DNA from: Octopus vulgaris
Taxonomy: Eukaryota
Assembly: GCA_951406725.2 (NCBI GenBank)
Contig: OX597815.1
Coordinates: 191,828,001-191,892,000, forward strand
Reading direction: 5' to 3'
DNA: 64,000 nucleotides
Shown here in pieces: positions 1 through 12,789 of this stretch. Numbering within the stretch: position 1 is the stretch's first letter; every line of letters starts with the position of its first letter. The notes under the pieces were generated by a model. The model did no database searches, was not told the DNA's origin, and saw nothing but the letters and a program-made list of their open reading frames with translations. Both the position numbers and the translations under genes were made by a program.

Positions 1-420
1 ACAATTATAGATAGATAGATAAATAGACAGGTAGATAGACACTGACAGATAGACAGGTAGACAGCTAAATAGATAGAGAGATAGACAGACAGACAGATAG
101 ATAGACAAGTAGATATTTAGCTAGATAAATAGATAGATTGACAGACATAGATAGATAGATAGATAGATAAACAGGTAGATACAGAGACAGACTAATAGAC
201 AGGCAGGTAGATAGCTAAATAGATTGAGAGATAGACAGACAGATAGATAGACAAGTAGATATTTAGCTAGATAAATAGATAGATAGACAGACATAGATAG
301 ATAGACAGACAGATAGAAGGGTAAATAGTTAGCTAGACAACTAGATAGATAGATAGAAAAGCTAGATAAATTGACAGACAGGTAGTATATAGACAGATTG
401 ATAAATAGATTGATGGATGG
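1..420. repeat. Compound (GATA)/(GACA)n microsatellite
   Basis: Continuous degenerate tetranucleotide repeats. Confidence 0.95.
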
Positions 421-918
421 ATGGGGAGAGAGAAAGAGAGGAAGAGAGAGTCTGCTGTAGGTAGTAGAAAGGTAAAAATAAAAAGCTGGTCATTTCTTTG
501 ACTGATAGATGTGAAGTTGGGAAAGAATGGTACATTGTTTGAATGGAAGCAAATTCAATCCCTATTTGCACATAGATGTAGTTTATTTATTCTTATGTAG
601 AATATCTGTGACATTTTGACTGCATTTCTATGTTCAGAGGCTTGATTCTTGCCTTTCATCTGTCTGAGGGTGACAGATTAAAGAATCAATCAAGTGTTGG
701 GATCAATATATTTGGATCAATATAATCGTCTATATAGGAAATCGTTATTATTGTGAGAGTGCTAAACAAGTGCCCAGAGTTGTTTAAAGTTCAAATACTG
801 CTAGAGATTTCACATCTTAACTTTCCTGGGCCATGTCTCACAAAAATTCATTATAAAACACCTGTGCTGGTACCACATGAAAAGCACCTGTGCCAGCATT
901 ATGTAAGAGGCACCTTAC

Positions 919-1293
919 GGCAAGCTGGCAGAATCATTAGCACACTGGGCAAAATACTGAGCAGTATTTCGTCGGCTGTTACGTTCTGAGTTCAAATTCC
1001 ATCAAGGGTGACTTTGCCTTTCATCCTTTCGGAGTCGATTAAATAAGTACCAGTTATGCACCTATTTCGTTACCACCCACAAGGAGCTAAACACAGAGAG
1101 GACAAACAAGGACAGACAAAGAGATTAAGTCAATTACATCGACTGCAGTGCGTAACTGGTACTTAATTTATTGACCCTGAAAGGATGAAAGGCAAAGTTG
1201 AGATCGGCGGAATTTGAACTCAGAATGTAAGAGCAGACGAAATACCACTAAGCAATTCACCCAGCGTGCTAATGTTTCTGCCAGCTCACCTCC
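919..1293. mobile_element. Two SINE family A copies tail-to-tail (+ 919-1061, - 1063-1293)
   Basis: tRNA-like head (TGGCAGAATC, GAGTTCAAATT) plus Meta-like central domain GCCTTTCATCCTTTCGG.GTCGAT..AAGTACCAG. Confidence 0.8.
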
Positions 1294-1893
1294 TTCTACC
1301 TTACCAGTTTCTATCAAATCAAATCATCCAGTCCAAACCAGCAAGGAAAATAATGATGATGATGAGGAGGAGGAAATTGTAGGTGTAACTGTGGATAAGC
1401 ACAGTTGCAGCTCAGTGTGGTTAAGATCTTTGTTTCCCATCCACATGGTTTCTGGTTCACTCCCAAAGTATGGTACCATGGGAAAGTGTCTTTTACTATA
1501 GCCCTGATCTTTCAGGAAGGACCTTGAAAATATATTTTCTTATCCCTTAAAGGACAGGATAGTCATGGATGGATTAAAGGTATGTTTGATCAAGTTTGAT
1601 CTACTCAAGTAGTCTTATAATTAACATTATCAACAATACTGAAGAGAGTTACGAGGTAATCAAAGGAGCCTCTCTGTGGTTGCTCAGCCTTTTAGAAATA
1701 ACAGCCAAATCTCCTTTGAATCACACCCTATTATCTTAAATAAGGAAGAGAGATATTTAGACAACACAGTTTTAGAGATGCTGTCGCTGAAAATAAGAGT
1801 GGATGGTCACAATTGGAACATATTTGATCAAAGCTCTGCTGATTCAGAGCTGATCTAGGAGTTGATGCTAAAGAGCAACCATGACCACAAGAA

Positions 1894-1952
<59 letters not shown>

Positions 1953-1985
1953 ATAATAATAATAATAATAATAACAATAACAACC
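1894..1985. repeat. (ACT)n-(AAT)n microsatellite
   Basis: Perfect trinucleotide runs. Confidence 0.95.
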
Positions 1986-3494
1986 AAAATGGTTGGATTC
2001 ATAACCCCAGAATAAATACAGATTTGTCTTTTAATAATGTAAAAATTATTTTTAGCAAGGATCTGCTACTCCAAATAATTATTCACAAGTCGATAATATT
2101 TGTCATGAGACTTTCCTGAAATTTCTCTGTCAGTTTTAACTCATTGTTAAAATTTATGAAATAATAATAAAAGGAACAAGGACAAATAATTCTATAATGC
2201 AGATAATTCCATTGTAAGAAGATATTATGAGACAGCATAGAAGGAAAAAGAACTATATTTTTAGCAATATTTAATCCAATTTCTTCTAACACACACTTTC
2301 ACAGGAAAATGGATGTAGAAATGATAACAATTCTAAATATTTTAATCCTATTTACAACAAGCCAACAAGCTACTTTTTACTAAAAGATTTACAATGCTTT
2401 TAATCTTGTTTTCATTTTATCTAAGAATATGTTCTGCTGAAGTTAGTACATATTCTCAAATACAAAATGGACTAACCAAAGAAGAATGCAGCCGTTCAAT
2501 TTTACACTATTGCTTATAACCACTTTGACTACTACAGTAGTTTCATGACAAAGATAAGCATTGAATATTATTGTTCATTCATAAATGTTGCATTGGATTT
2601 GATAAATAGATAGATAAACTGATTGACAGATAGAAAGATTGACAGATAAAAATATTGACAGATTAATTTGATTGATAGGTAAATATGTATTTAGTATGAA
2701 TGAAAGTGAGATATTATGGATACAGTTAATGAAAATGTATAAATAGACATGGAAAAACTTGTCATTAGCTATGGAGATCAGAATCAATGTAGTTTTTGTA
2801 CAGTTGTCCTATGGAACCACTCTTCTGAATGTGTATGTGATTGTAAACATCACTGAGGTATCTGTGTGTGTTTATATACATAGACACAAACACATATGTG
2901 CACACACACACACACACTCACTACCCTTTTTCTCCCTCTGCTTTCTTCTCTTCCTCATCAGCATCCTTGATTTCATATCTATTTTTCCACACTTACATGG
3001 GTTACTAAAGTCTTCTCCTTGACATGTCATTCAAGAAATTTTTGAGCATTTATTATTAATTTCCACCATGTACAGTATGGCCAAATGGTTAAGAGGCACC
3101 TTGTTGTGGTTTCTTTTCTCCTCTGATTCACAAGATTTTGCATCCTGAGATCAGCTTTCACAACTTCTTCCTGCACCTTCTTCAGTTTTCCTCTTCTACA
3201 GATTTCCTTCCACATTAATCATTTTAGCACTTTTTATGGGTTTTCCAGATTGGACTACAAGTACTGATTATATTACTTTACAGAACTGCATGCTACTATT
3301 CATTTCATATTTGCCTATCTACCACTTTAAAATTTTGGCTTTTAAAAGAAAGAATCTGATTGGGTATCATATTAAATCATTAAATAATTAAATCAGAACT
3401 GACCTACATGCAGTCTTTACACACACACACACACACACAAATACACACACACACACACAAATACACACACACACACACATAAATGATGATGTTG

Positions 3495-3536
<42 letters not shown>

Positions 3537-3537
<1 letters not shown>

Positions 3538-3824
3538 GAGGCACATGGCCTAGTGGTTAGAGCAGCGGACTCACGGTCGAGGGATCGCGGGTTCGAATCT
3601 CAGACCGGGCGATGTGTGTGTTTATGAGCGAAATACCTAAGCTCTATGTGGCTCCGGCAGAAGGTAATGGCAAACTTCTACTGATTCTTTCGCCACAACT
3701 TTCTCTCACTCTTTCTGCATCTTGCAGCTCACTTGTGATGGACCGGCATCCCGTCCAGGTGGGGAACCTATATGCCATAGAAACTGAGAAACCTAATGAG
3801 CCAGGCATGGCTCGAGAAAGAACA

Positions 3825-3828
<4 letters not shown>
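3537..3828 (+). mobile_element. tRNA-derived SINE family D with V-domain-like tail
   Basis: A box TGGCCTAGTGG, B box GGTTCGAATC; 3' part GATGGACCGGCATCCCGTCCAGG resembles the V-SINE domain; head shared with 22835 and 40443. Confidence 0.8.
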
Positions 3829-3872
<44 letters not shown>

Positions 3873-3876
<4 letters not shown>

Positions 3877-5580
3877 GAAATAGGTTTCAAAGAAAAAAAT
3901 ACTACACATGGTATAAATAGGGGAAAAGTAAAAAGAAAACAAAGAAAATGCACATTAGATATAAAAAATAAAGGCTTTTTTAAGAAAAGCAAAGATAAAT
4001 ACATACAATTAGATGATTTGAGGTGGAATCATGAAATATAAAAATCATTGTTATGAATCATTATAGAGATTCAAAGTCATACCGGTTTCGTCAGAGCTGA
4101 TCACTGACTTTGAATGAACACTGAAATTTCGATCATTGTTTTATCTCCAGTGAGAATGGGTAGATTTTGGATGATGATGTTGAAGGCCTCATTGTTTCTA
4201 GCACTGTGTGTGGAGATATATGGGAGTATTTTTAAATCTAGTGTAGTATTTCGGTTCACTACATCAAATGATGCTAACATGGTTCCTTCATTTATAGTTT
4301 TCTGGAGGTATTTAAGCGCATGTCTAAATCCTCCCTGATGAAGCTTTTCACATATTTTAAAAATGGTTTGAGTAAGATGTCGAGGAAATTGCTCAAACGG
4401 TGGGTTTCACAAGTGGAGCCAGCAATGATGGGTCTTAGTTGGAGGTCAGTAGTGGGAGGAACATTAATGCATAGGCTTGGAAAATCTTTGCAAGCTTTAC
4501 TAATATGTGGATTTTTGTGCATTTTAGGTAATCTGTAGAATAGACTTGATCTGTATTTAAAATTGGATAAATAGTCAATTCTTTTTTAGCGAGGCCCTTT
4601 CCATGTATTTGAAGTAAAGAGAATATGTTTTCAAGCGTCATCTGTGGGTTATAGTGCTCTATCTTCTCATAGTAAATATTGTTTTCCTACATGGAGAATA
4701 TTCAATTTATATAGTACTCTGTATCCATCACTACTGTTGCACTTCCTGTATCAGCTTCTTTAATGGGCAGGTTTATATCTTTTTTTAAACTCGATTAGGT
4801 TTTTCCATTCATTTGTTTTGAGATTGGATTTAATTCGTTGTGTGTTTGTAGGGAATTAAATGGAAAATTAGTAAAGTGTTCACAAAAGTCATCAAGTGCT
4901 TTATTTCTGCCTTTTGTAGGACAGTATTCGCTTTTGATTTTTACTACCAAGTCATCTTCGCTGGTGTAGTTCTGAAGTGCTTCTGCGAGGCACAATTTTT
5001 CGGCAAAAATCCATAGTGTTATCCTCGATTTCATTCGGGTTTGATCTGCGAGGGGTTGGAGTAAACTTCAAACCTCTTGCTAGAATTTTAGTTTGTGTAG
5101 TACTTAGGATTTTCTTTGATAAGTTGATTATTTTCGGTTGTTCATGTATATTTTGTTCCATTTCACATCTCTGTTTATTTGATTTAGGTCTAAAGAAATG
5201 GTTGCAGTAGGTGGATTGTTGTGGGAAGTCTGTATTGTATTTAGTTTGGTATGAAGAAATTGGGTGTAAAGTGTGTCTTTGGTAGTAAATTTGTTGTGGA
5301 GTGACTGCATAGTGGACTAAATTATGGTTATTCTGAGGGTTGTTACATTGTCCATAGTCGATGTGGTTTGGGTTAAATTTATTGTTAATTTTGTAATGCG
5401 GGTAGAGGGAGAAATTATGGTGTCTAGCTTGTGTTTAGTTGAATACTTGAAGTATCCATGCTGAAAGATAAGTCTCGGAGGCAAATTCTTCCATTGTCTG
5501 TTAGATGATGGGGGTAGACTGGTAGGTAATGGTTCTCGAAAGTTTTGGTTAGTCTGAAAGCTTTGATGGATCTTTTGATT
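3873..5580 (-). mobile_element. Penelope-like retroelement relic, internally deleted, flanked by (TA)n
   Basis: Frameshifted peptides IINLSKKILS..LARGLKFTPTP, KEADTGSATVVMD, LPKMHK, LRPIIAG..THRLSNFLDILLKPF, ASFDVV (4258-5161) match the PLE RT N-terminal motifs. Confidence 0.9.
4069..4115 (-). ncRNA. Degenerate type I hammerhead ribozyme at the 3' end of the Penelope relic
   Basis: 11-bp stem I ATTCAAAGTCA/TGACTTTGAAT enclosing GTGA-TCAGCTCTGAC-GAAA-CCGG-TA; CUGANGA box damaged. Confidence 0.65.
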
Positions 5581-5664
5581 TATGTGTGTGTGTATACATA
5601 CATACATATATTTATGTATATGTGTATATATATATGTGTGTGTATATATATATTTATATATATT

Positions 5665-5719
<55 letters not shown>

Positions 5720-5726
5720 GACTAGA

Positions 5727-6386
5727 CTAGACTACCCATGACCCATTGTGTCACTGACAGTTCAGGTTATAAAACATTAAAGCTGATTTCAACATTGCAT
5801 TGAAATGAAAGTTAATTTTATGATGATTCAGTTAAATATTTCAATTCGTTTGTGTCATCATAAGTCTGGTTTACAAATTCATGTCTAAGGTTTTATTGAT
5901 TATTTACAGCAGCTAATAGAAACAGAACTTCCAAGATAAGCTTGAACTCCAGTAACAGCATTTATTTATGGCATATGTGTACACTTCTACAAAACTGCAA
6001 AAGAAATTGTTATATCATAAACAAAATTAATTGAAACAATTTTCACAGTATTATATGTCCCCATTTTAGGGTTATCTTTCTTTCGGAGTATTTTCCCATT
6101 ATATGCTGTTTTGGCTATTTCTGAAGGTACCCCCAAAAAACCACGTATCTCAAGAATCTGTGGTCTGATTTACATGAAAATTGTTTTATTCTGTTTGTAT
6201 TCACATTTTAGAGGTGCCTTACTCGCAGAATAACACTGGTTTTAGCTGTATTAAATTACAGACAAGCATGCATGCAAGCATGCATGCAAGCATGCATGCA
6301 AGCAAGCATGCATGCAAGCAAGCAAGCATGCATGCAAGCAAGCACACTAGCAAATAAGCAATCACAGAGTTTTTGTAGTATATAGA
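5727..6386 (-). mobile_element. Non-autonomous Helitron with internal (GCAT/GCAA)n
   Basis: Minus strand reads A|TCTATATACTAC...degenerate hairpin...GTAGTCTAG|T. Confidence 0.65.
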
Positions 6387-6744
6387 TATAAACTGACAGT
6401 TGTCAATTGTGGAACACGACCGTCACTACATAAACCTGATGATTGTGTAATGCATGAAAGTACTAGTTTATTTCAATATTGTAAAATTATAAAAGCTGTA
6501 AAAAATAAAACAGGAAAATCAGACTAAATTGGAATTTCATTGGTTAATATATTCTATACATAATCATACGAAAACAGATATATATATTTATGTGTGTGTG
6601 TGTTTGAAGGAATTTGGTCAACAGAAAGTGCAACAAGCCTATTGTTTATACACATGATATCTGAGCTGTATGATGGACAGAAGGTTACGAGCCAATCCAA
6701 TTTGCCTTTCGTCTGATTTGTTGCCAAAAATGTGTGTGGCCTCT

Positions 6745-7260
6745 TTATTGCTTACTTGTATCAGTCATTAACATTGTGGCCATGCTGGAGCACTGTCTTG
6801 AAGAATTTTTTAATAGTCGAATCAATCGACCCCAGTACTTATAATCTTTTCTTTTTTAGCCTGGCTCTTATTCTATCAGTTTCTTTTGCTGAACTGCTAA
6901 GTTAAGTAGGTGTAAACACACCAGTACCAGTTGTCAAGTGGTGGTGGGGGATAAACACAGACACAAAGATATGCCATACACACAAACACACACACTCACA
7001 TGCACACATATATACATATATATAAATTCGAAGTCTTTATGTGGGATGCGAACCCACTTCTCCTGTAAATATGACAAGCGTTCTACCACCATTTATATAC
7101 GACAAGCTTCTTTCAGTTTCCATCTAATAAATTCACTTATGAGGATTTAGTTAGCCTGAGGCTATAGTAGAAGACACTTGTCCAACACTCCACACAGTGG
7201 GACTGAACCCAGAACCATGTGATTGGGAAGCAAACTTTTTGCCATACAGCAATGCCTATC
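6745..7260 (-). mobile_element. SINE family B (tRNA head, CORE-like segment, internal microsatellite)
   Basis: Matches the full copy at 49926-50332. Confidence 0.8.
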
Positions 7261-9227
7261 CTCATTGTCGGGGAATCTGGATCATCTTCAGGTTTTTATT
7301 CTGTCACTTCCTCCTAATGTCTTCTCTAAGCTTTTCCAGTGTCTCACTGACCTGCCCCATTCATGGTACTGCCAAATTTCAGAAAATCAAAGAGAACGAC
7401 ATTTTGTCATTTAAAAAACAGTTACCATGACTTTCCGTGCCAGTCACTGGCTTGTGATCTTCTTAGACTCTGGAGATTAAGCATGATGCCATTTCATGGA
7501 CCATTCCTTCGTTTCCAGACAATAACAATGCATGCATGTTTTGTCCCTTGTCACTAGATTGAACAAGAAAAAAATTTCTTCAGTGGTTTCAATCACTTCC
7601 AGTCGACCAGAGCAGACTTCTACAATTCTCTCCTTCAAATCTGGTGTTAACTGCCATGTTATTCATTTTGTTATTCATGTGCTGGTGCCACCTAAAAGGC
7701 ACCATTGATGGAGCCAGTGCTGTGCACCATGTAAAAATCCCTGCTACTGGTGCCACATAAAAGGCACTGGTGCTGGTGCTATATAAGAAGCACCGGTGCT
7801 GGTGCCCTGTAAAGAACACTTGGTACAATCCGTGAAGTTGACATTGGGAAGGGCAGGCACTCACTGTAGAAACCATTCCAAAACAAACAATAAACCTTAT
7901 TGGCTCCTGTCAAATCGTCCAACCCATGTCAGCATGGAAAATGGATGTCAAATGACGATGATGATGATGTTTATTTTCAATGGCAGAGTTTATTCAGCTC
8001 CTCATCACACCTCTAAATAACTGTGGACTTGTGAATCACTCATGAATCATAGATTTTGTAATCACATCACGAGATCAATTTACAGCTAGGCCCATGATAC
8101 TATTAAAGTTTACCTAAGACACGTTACTGAACAAAAGATAGAATGAAAAACCAAAACAAAAACAAAACTTCGATTGTTCTGTGTGTAAGCTACTGTGACT
8201 TTCACTCCTTGTATAAAAATTATTATTATTATTAATTAATAATTTTGCTTTGTCAAAGATGGTGGGATTGGATGTTCTTTGAATTTTTTTTATTAAACCA
8301 TATTCCTGACAATAACATCTGTTAATTCCCGCAAGACTCTTGTTAAGGTTTTGTTGGGTGAAAGCAGAGATTTTTATGTTTGAATTTGAAGCAGACATTG
8401 TTAAAAATGTTAATCATCTCAGGCAGATGAAGCTAAAGTCAGATAATGAAATTATCATTTAAAATCTTGCAGTTTGCTTGAAGCATTATTAATTAAATAT
8501 AAAAACACTAACAAGTGACAAAGGCTACAAATTACCGATGACTTATTGAATAAATTTATTTTCATGAATATTTTTTTCTCTCTCTTTCATCAGTTTTAAT
8601 GAAGCCATTATCATTTCTTTTTATTTTGAAAATAAAATATCAATATTTAATAATTTTTTTAATTTTTAGAATAGGAAAGTCGAGTAAAGAAATGGGTGAG
8701 GCTAGAACCCATTATGCTGGGCATTGCAGACAAACTGACTTTGGGTCAACAGAAGCAATGGTATCTGGTACCGCAGATTTGTCCAATCCCATGCATGTAC
8801 AAAAAAGCTGTTGCTAAAACAATGAATATTTGAAAACGGCAAAAGAATTTCTGAAATAGATGTTTGAAAAACACTACCATTCAATGACCATGTTGTATTG
8901 TTTGTCAGAGATAAGCTTCATTCTGCTTTCTGCCGCCTTCCTCTCCATCTTTTTTTTATTTTGTTTTAGTTCTATGTTTTCTGTATTCCTTGTATATTTT
9001 CAAACCCTTTTATCTCGTTTCTTTTATTTCTGAAACATCTATTTTGTATGAAGAAGGTAAAACGATATGAACTGTATCCAGAAGTGAAAATGAAATCTGA
9101 AAATGTATGGAACTGATTGAGACTTTCATGTTTTACCATTCTGTCTGTTAAAACATTTACAAATGACAGTAATTGATTTATTTATTGATTTATTCAGATA
9201 TTGTTTCCAATATTATTCTAACAGAAG

Positions 9228-10040
9228 TGTGGCAAGATGGCTGAGTTGTTAGCACACCAGCAAAATGTTTAGCAGCATTTCATCTGTCTTTATGTTCTGA
9301 GTTCAAATTCTACTGAGGTCGACTTTGCCTTTCATCTTTTCAGGTCGATAAAATAAGAACCATTTGAAGACTGGGGGGGGGGGGTCTATGTAATTGACTT
9401 AACCCCCTTCCAACTGAAATGCTAACCTTATGTTAGAAATTTGAAACCAATTTTATTCAAACAGAATAATTCCACTGAAGTTGACAATACCTGTCATCCT
9501 TTTGGGGTCAGTAAATTAAGAACCAGTTCAGCTCTGGGGTTGATGTGATCAACTTAATATCACCCGAGAACTGGCTGACCTTGTGCCAAAATTTGAAATT
9601 AATATTATCCTAACAGAAGGGCAGCAAGTTGTGGAGCAAAATTCTTAGTAACATTTTGTCCATATTTCTGTTCTAACTTAACCCTTTTGTTACTGTATTT
9701 CTGTTGAGATGCTTTGTGTTTCTTCCAATTACTTTAAATATAACAAAGAATTTAGTAAAATAACTTTGTTATCATTCAGCTAGTGTTAGGAATATAAATT
9801 GTGACTAAGATTGGTGGAAGATTTTAATTCAAAACCTATGAAAACAAGACATCTGTATTCAAAGCCAAAGCTGGTTTCAGCCGGGTTGGTAACGAAAGAG
9901 TTAAAATTCTGCAGAGGTCAAGTTTGCCTTTTATTCTTTTGGGGTTGGTAAAAGAAGTACCAGTTGAGCACTGGGGTTGACGTAATCGACTTAATCCCTT
10001 CCCAAATCTCTGGCTTTTTGCCAAAATTTGAAACCATTAT
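9228..10040 (+). mobile_element. Cluster of old SINE family A copies, the last interrupted by a MITE
   Basis: Repeated degenerate Meta-like domain and tails. Confidence 0.7.
9682..9900. mobile_element. piggyBac-like MITE
   Basis: TTAA|CCCTTTTGTTAC...GTAACGAAAGAG|TTAA: TIRs plus TTAA TSD; related copy at ~58860-59226. Confidence 0.8.
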
Positions 10041-10043
10041 CAT

Positions 10044-10399
10044 TATTACCTCTGCCTTAGTGAAGGCAGAGGTATTGTTTTCAGTTGTGTTTGTTTGTTT
10101 GTCCATGGACAAAATAACTCAAGAACTGCTGGATAGACTCAGATGAAATTTTCAGGGATGTTTGGCTTCATGACAGGCACAAACTGATTAAATTTTGGGA
10201 TCAATCTGGTACCAAACGAAGATTCTGGATTATTTTTCCAATTTTTTGAGAGCTGTTGGGTTAATTTTTAGTATTATCATTTGTGAGAGCAATTGAGTTC
10301 ATTTCAGGTATTCTCGTTTTAAAAATCATCTCTGGCTAACCGTTGAGAGGAAGTTGGCGTTGCCTTGGTGGAGGTTTGCACTCTCTGAGTACTCTTGTT
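10044..10399 (+). mobile_element. Helentron-type non-autonomous element (HINE-like)
   Basis: 5' palindrome ACCTCTGCCTT-AGTG-AAGGCAGAGGT, (GTTT)n, subterminal IR GGTGGAGGT, 3' hairpin GCACTC-TCT-GAGTAC, T-rich ends. Confidence 0.65.
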
Positions 10400-10416
10400 T
10401 ATTATTATGATTGTTA

Positions 10417-10640
10417 AGGTGGCAAGCTGGTAGAATCATTAGCATTCCAGACAAAATGCTTAGTGGTATTTCATCTGTCTTTATGTTCTGAGTTCAAATC
10501 TCACTGAGGGCAACTTTGACTTTAATCCTTTGGGGATCAATAAAATAAGTACCAGTGAAACACTGGGGTTGGCGTAATTGGCTGGACCCCTTCCCCAAAA
10601 TTTCAGGCCTTGTGCCTTTAATAGAAAGGATTATTATTAT
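10417..10640 (+). mobile_element. SINE family A
   Basis: Head, Meta-like domain and (TTA)n tail. Confidence 0.8.
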
Positions 10641-10646
10641 CATTAT

Positions 10647-11240
10647 TTTCATTAGCATCTTCTTTCAATTTTGTTTCAATTTCTTGCTGTGTGTCTTCTT
10701 GACACCTAGGGCAGAGAAATGTGCTGTGTACATTGGTAGGCCAATAAAATAAACACACCAGGTTGTTAATTTACAATGTCATGTGATAGAGAAAAAGTGG
10801 AAGACAGAGAAAAAGGAAAAAATAAAAAATAAAAAAGTTATATGAAATAAAGGGGTGGGGGAGGAAAGAATATTCACAGTAAATACATATGACATACCAG
10901 TTAAGACAATCTTTTGCACTTCCTGCATGGATTGTAAGCCAGGAATCATTCTTAAATAATTTTCAGTTCCTTTTTTGATCATTCCAAGTGCTCCTACAAT
11001 CACTGGTATTGTAACAGTCTTGAGATACCACATCTTTACGATTTCGATTAGCAGATCTTTATATTTTCTGAGCTTATCAAATTCTTTTGCCAAGGTACTA
11101 TGGTCACAGGGTATACTCATGTTTAATTTAAACAGACTTTACTATTTTGGTCTTCCACTACAATATTTGGTTTATTTGCTTTGATGGTCCGGTCTGTACA
11201 TACTGGAAAGTCCCAAAGAATTATCACACATTTTCTCCCC
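10647..11240 (-). mobile_element. 5'-truncated R4/Dong-clade non-LTR retrotransposon (restriction-like endonuclease plus 3' UTR)
   Basis: ILWDFPVCTDRTIKANKPNIVV..SIPCD..KEFDKLRKYKDLLIEI..IPVIVGALG matches the RLE domain; lies between (TAA)n tracts. Confidence 0.88.
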
Positions 11241-11272
<32 letters not shown>

Positions 11273-11414
11273 TTCTACTCTAGGTACAAGGCCTGAAATT
11301 TTTAGGGAGGTGGACCAGTCAATTAGATTGACTCCTGTATGCAACTGGTACTTAATTTATTGATCCCAAAAGGATGAAAGGCAAACTTGACCTCGGTGGA
11401 TTATTATTATTATA

Positions 11415-11900
11415 GGCCGTCTGCCAGCCACGTCTGGCCGTCTGCCAGCCACGTCTGGCCGTCTGCCAGCCACGTCTGGCCGTCTGCCAGCCACGTCTGG
11501 CCGTCTGCCAGCCACGTCTGGCCGTCTGCCAGCCTCGTAAAAACACCATCCGAGCGTGGCCGTCTGCCAGCCTCGTCTGGCACCTGTGTCGGTGGCACAT
11601 AAAAACACCATCCGAGCGTGGCCGTCTGCCAGCCTCGTCTGGCAGCTGTGTCGGTGGCACATAAAAAACACCATCCGAGCGTGGCCGTCTGCCAGCCTCG
11701 TCTGGCACCTGTGTCGGTGGCACATAAAATCACCCACTACACTCTCGGAGTGGTTGGCGTTAGGAAGGGCATCCAGCTGTAGAAACACTGCCAGATCTGA
11801 CTGGCCTGGTGCAGCCTTCGGGCTTGCCAGACCCCAGTTGAACCGTCCAACCCATGCTAGCATGGAAAGCGGACGTTAAACGATGATGATGATGATGATG
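11415..11900 (+). mobile_element. SINE-like family C with internal 21-bp and ~61-bp tandem repeats, (GAT)n tail
   Basis: GGTGGCAC.TAAAAA motif units; GGTTGGCGTTAGGAAGGGCATCCAGC body; tail GGACGTTAAAC(GAT)n. Confidence 0.85.
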
Positions 11901-11927
11901 ATTATTATTATCGTTGTTGTTGTTAAG

Positions 11928-12145
11928 AAGGCAGTGAACTGGCTAAATTGTTACCGTGCTGGACAAAATGCTTAGTGGCATTTTGTTTATCATTACATTC
12001 TGAGTTCAAATTCCACTGAGGTTGACTTTACCTTTCATCCTTTCTGGGGCGATAAAACAAGTACCAGCTGAGCACTGGGGATAGATTTAATCAACTTACC
12101 CCCCACCCCAGAACTTACTGGCCTTGTTTCAAAACTCGAAGCCAT
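11928..12145 (+). mobile_element. SINE family A (diverged)
   Basis: Head, B box, Meta-like domain. Confidence 0.75.
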
Positions 12146-12789
12146 TATTGTTGTTGTTGGTGGTGGTGGTGGTGGTAGTGGTGGTGGTAGTTGTTTTCCT
12201 TGTTCCTGATAGATATTGAATCTTTATGCAGAATGAAAAGAAGACACAGCGAGATATGAAACCTAGCCATTGTGAGAAGGTGCTTGGTTGCCACAGATAA
12301 AAACACCATATTCCTGCTAGTGAGCCAAATAACTGTTGTCAGCATTCCTTTGAAATTCTACAATTGTTTTCCCCCCCTTTTTTTCCTTTTTTTTTTTTAC
12401 AAGATCATAAATTAGTTTCGTTGAAAGCAGATTTTTCTCTTTTTCGTTTCCTATTTTTTTCCCTCCTTTCCTCTCTTTTTTCTTTTTTTTTTGTTTAATG
12501 CCATTAGGTGGCTCCTTGTCGACAATATTCATGGAGATTTTTGAGTTGGGCCATATGGTAGATACTTGTCAAACGAGAATGAAATAAAACTAAACGCTTT
12601 CTATATATATATGTATTCAACGGTTCTCAACTCAAAGATGAATCTTTAACTTGCGACAAAGAAATCACAAAGTTGGTAATGTATGCGCGTATGCGTAGAA
12701 GTAAGCGTGTATATTGTGTATATGTGTGTGTAAGAACGCTCGACTTTTATGTTGTCATGCCACCTGGTTTTTAGTGACATGACAGTTTA

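Noticed and set aside
2930-3400. Purine-rich minus-strand segment that looks like decayed coding sequence
   Set aside because: No diagnostic motif was recognised in any frame.
3537-3612. tRNA-like sequence
   Set aside because: It runs directly into a SINE body and recurs as a SINE head, so it is not called a tRNA gene.
11415-11725. Regular short repeats resembling a CRISPR array
   Set aside because: There are no unique spacers; these are tandem units inside a eukaryotic SINE-like element.
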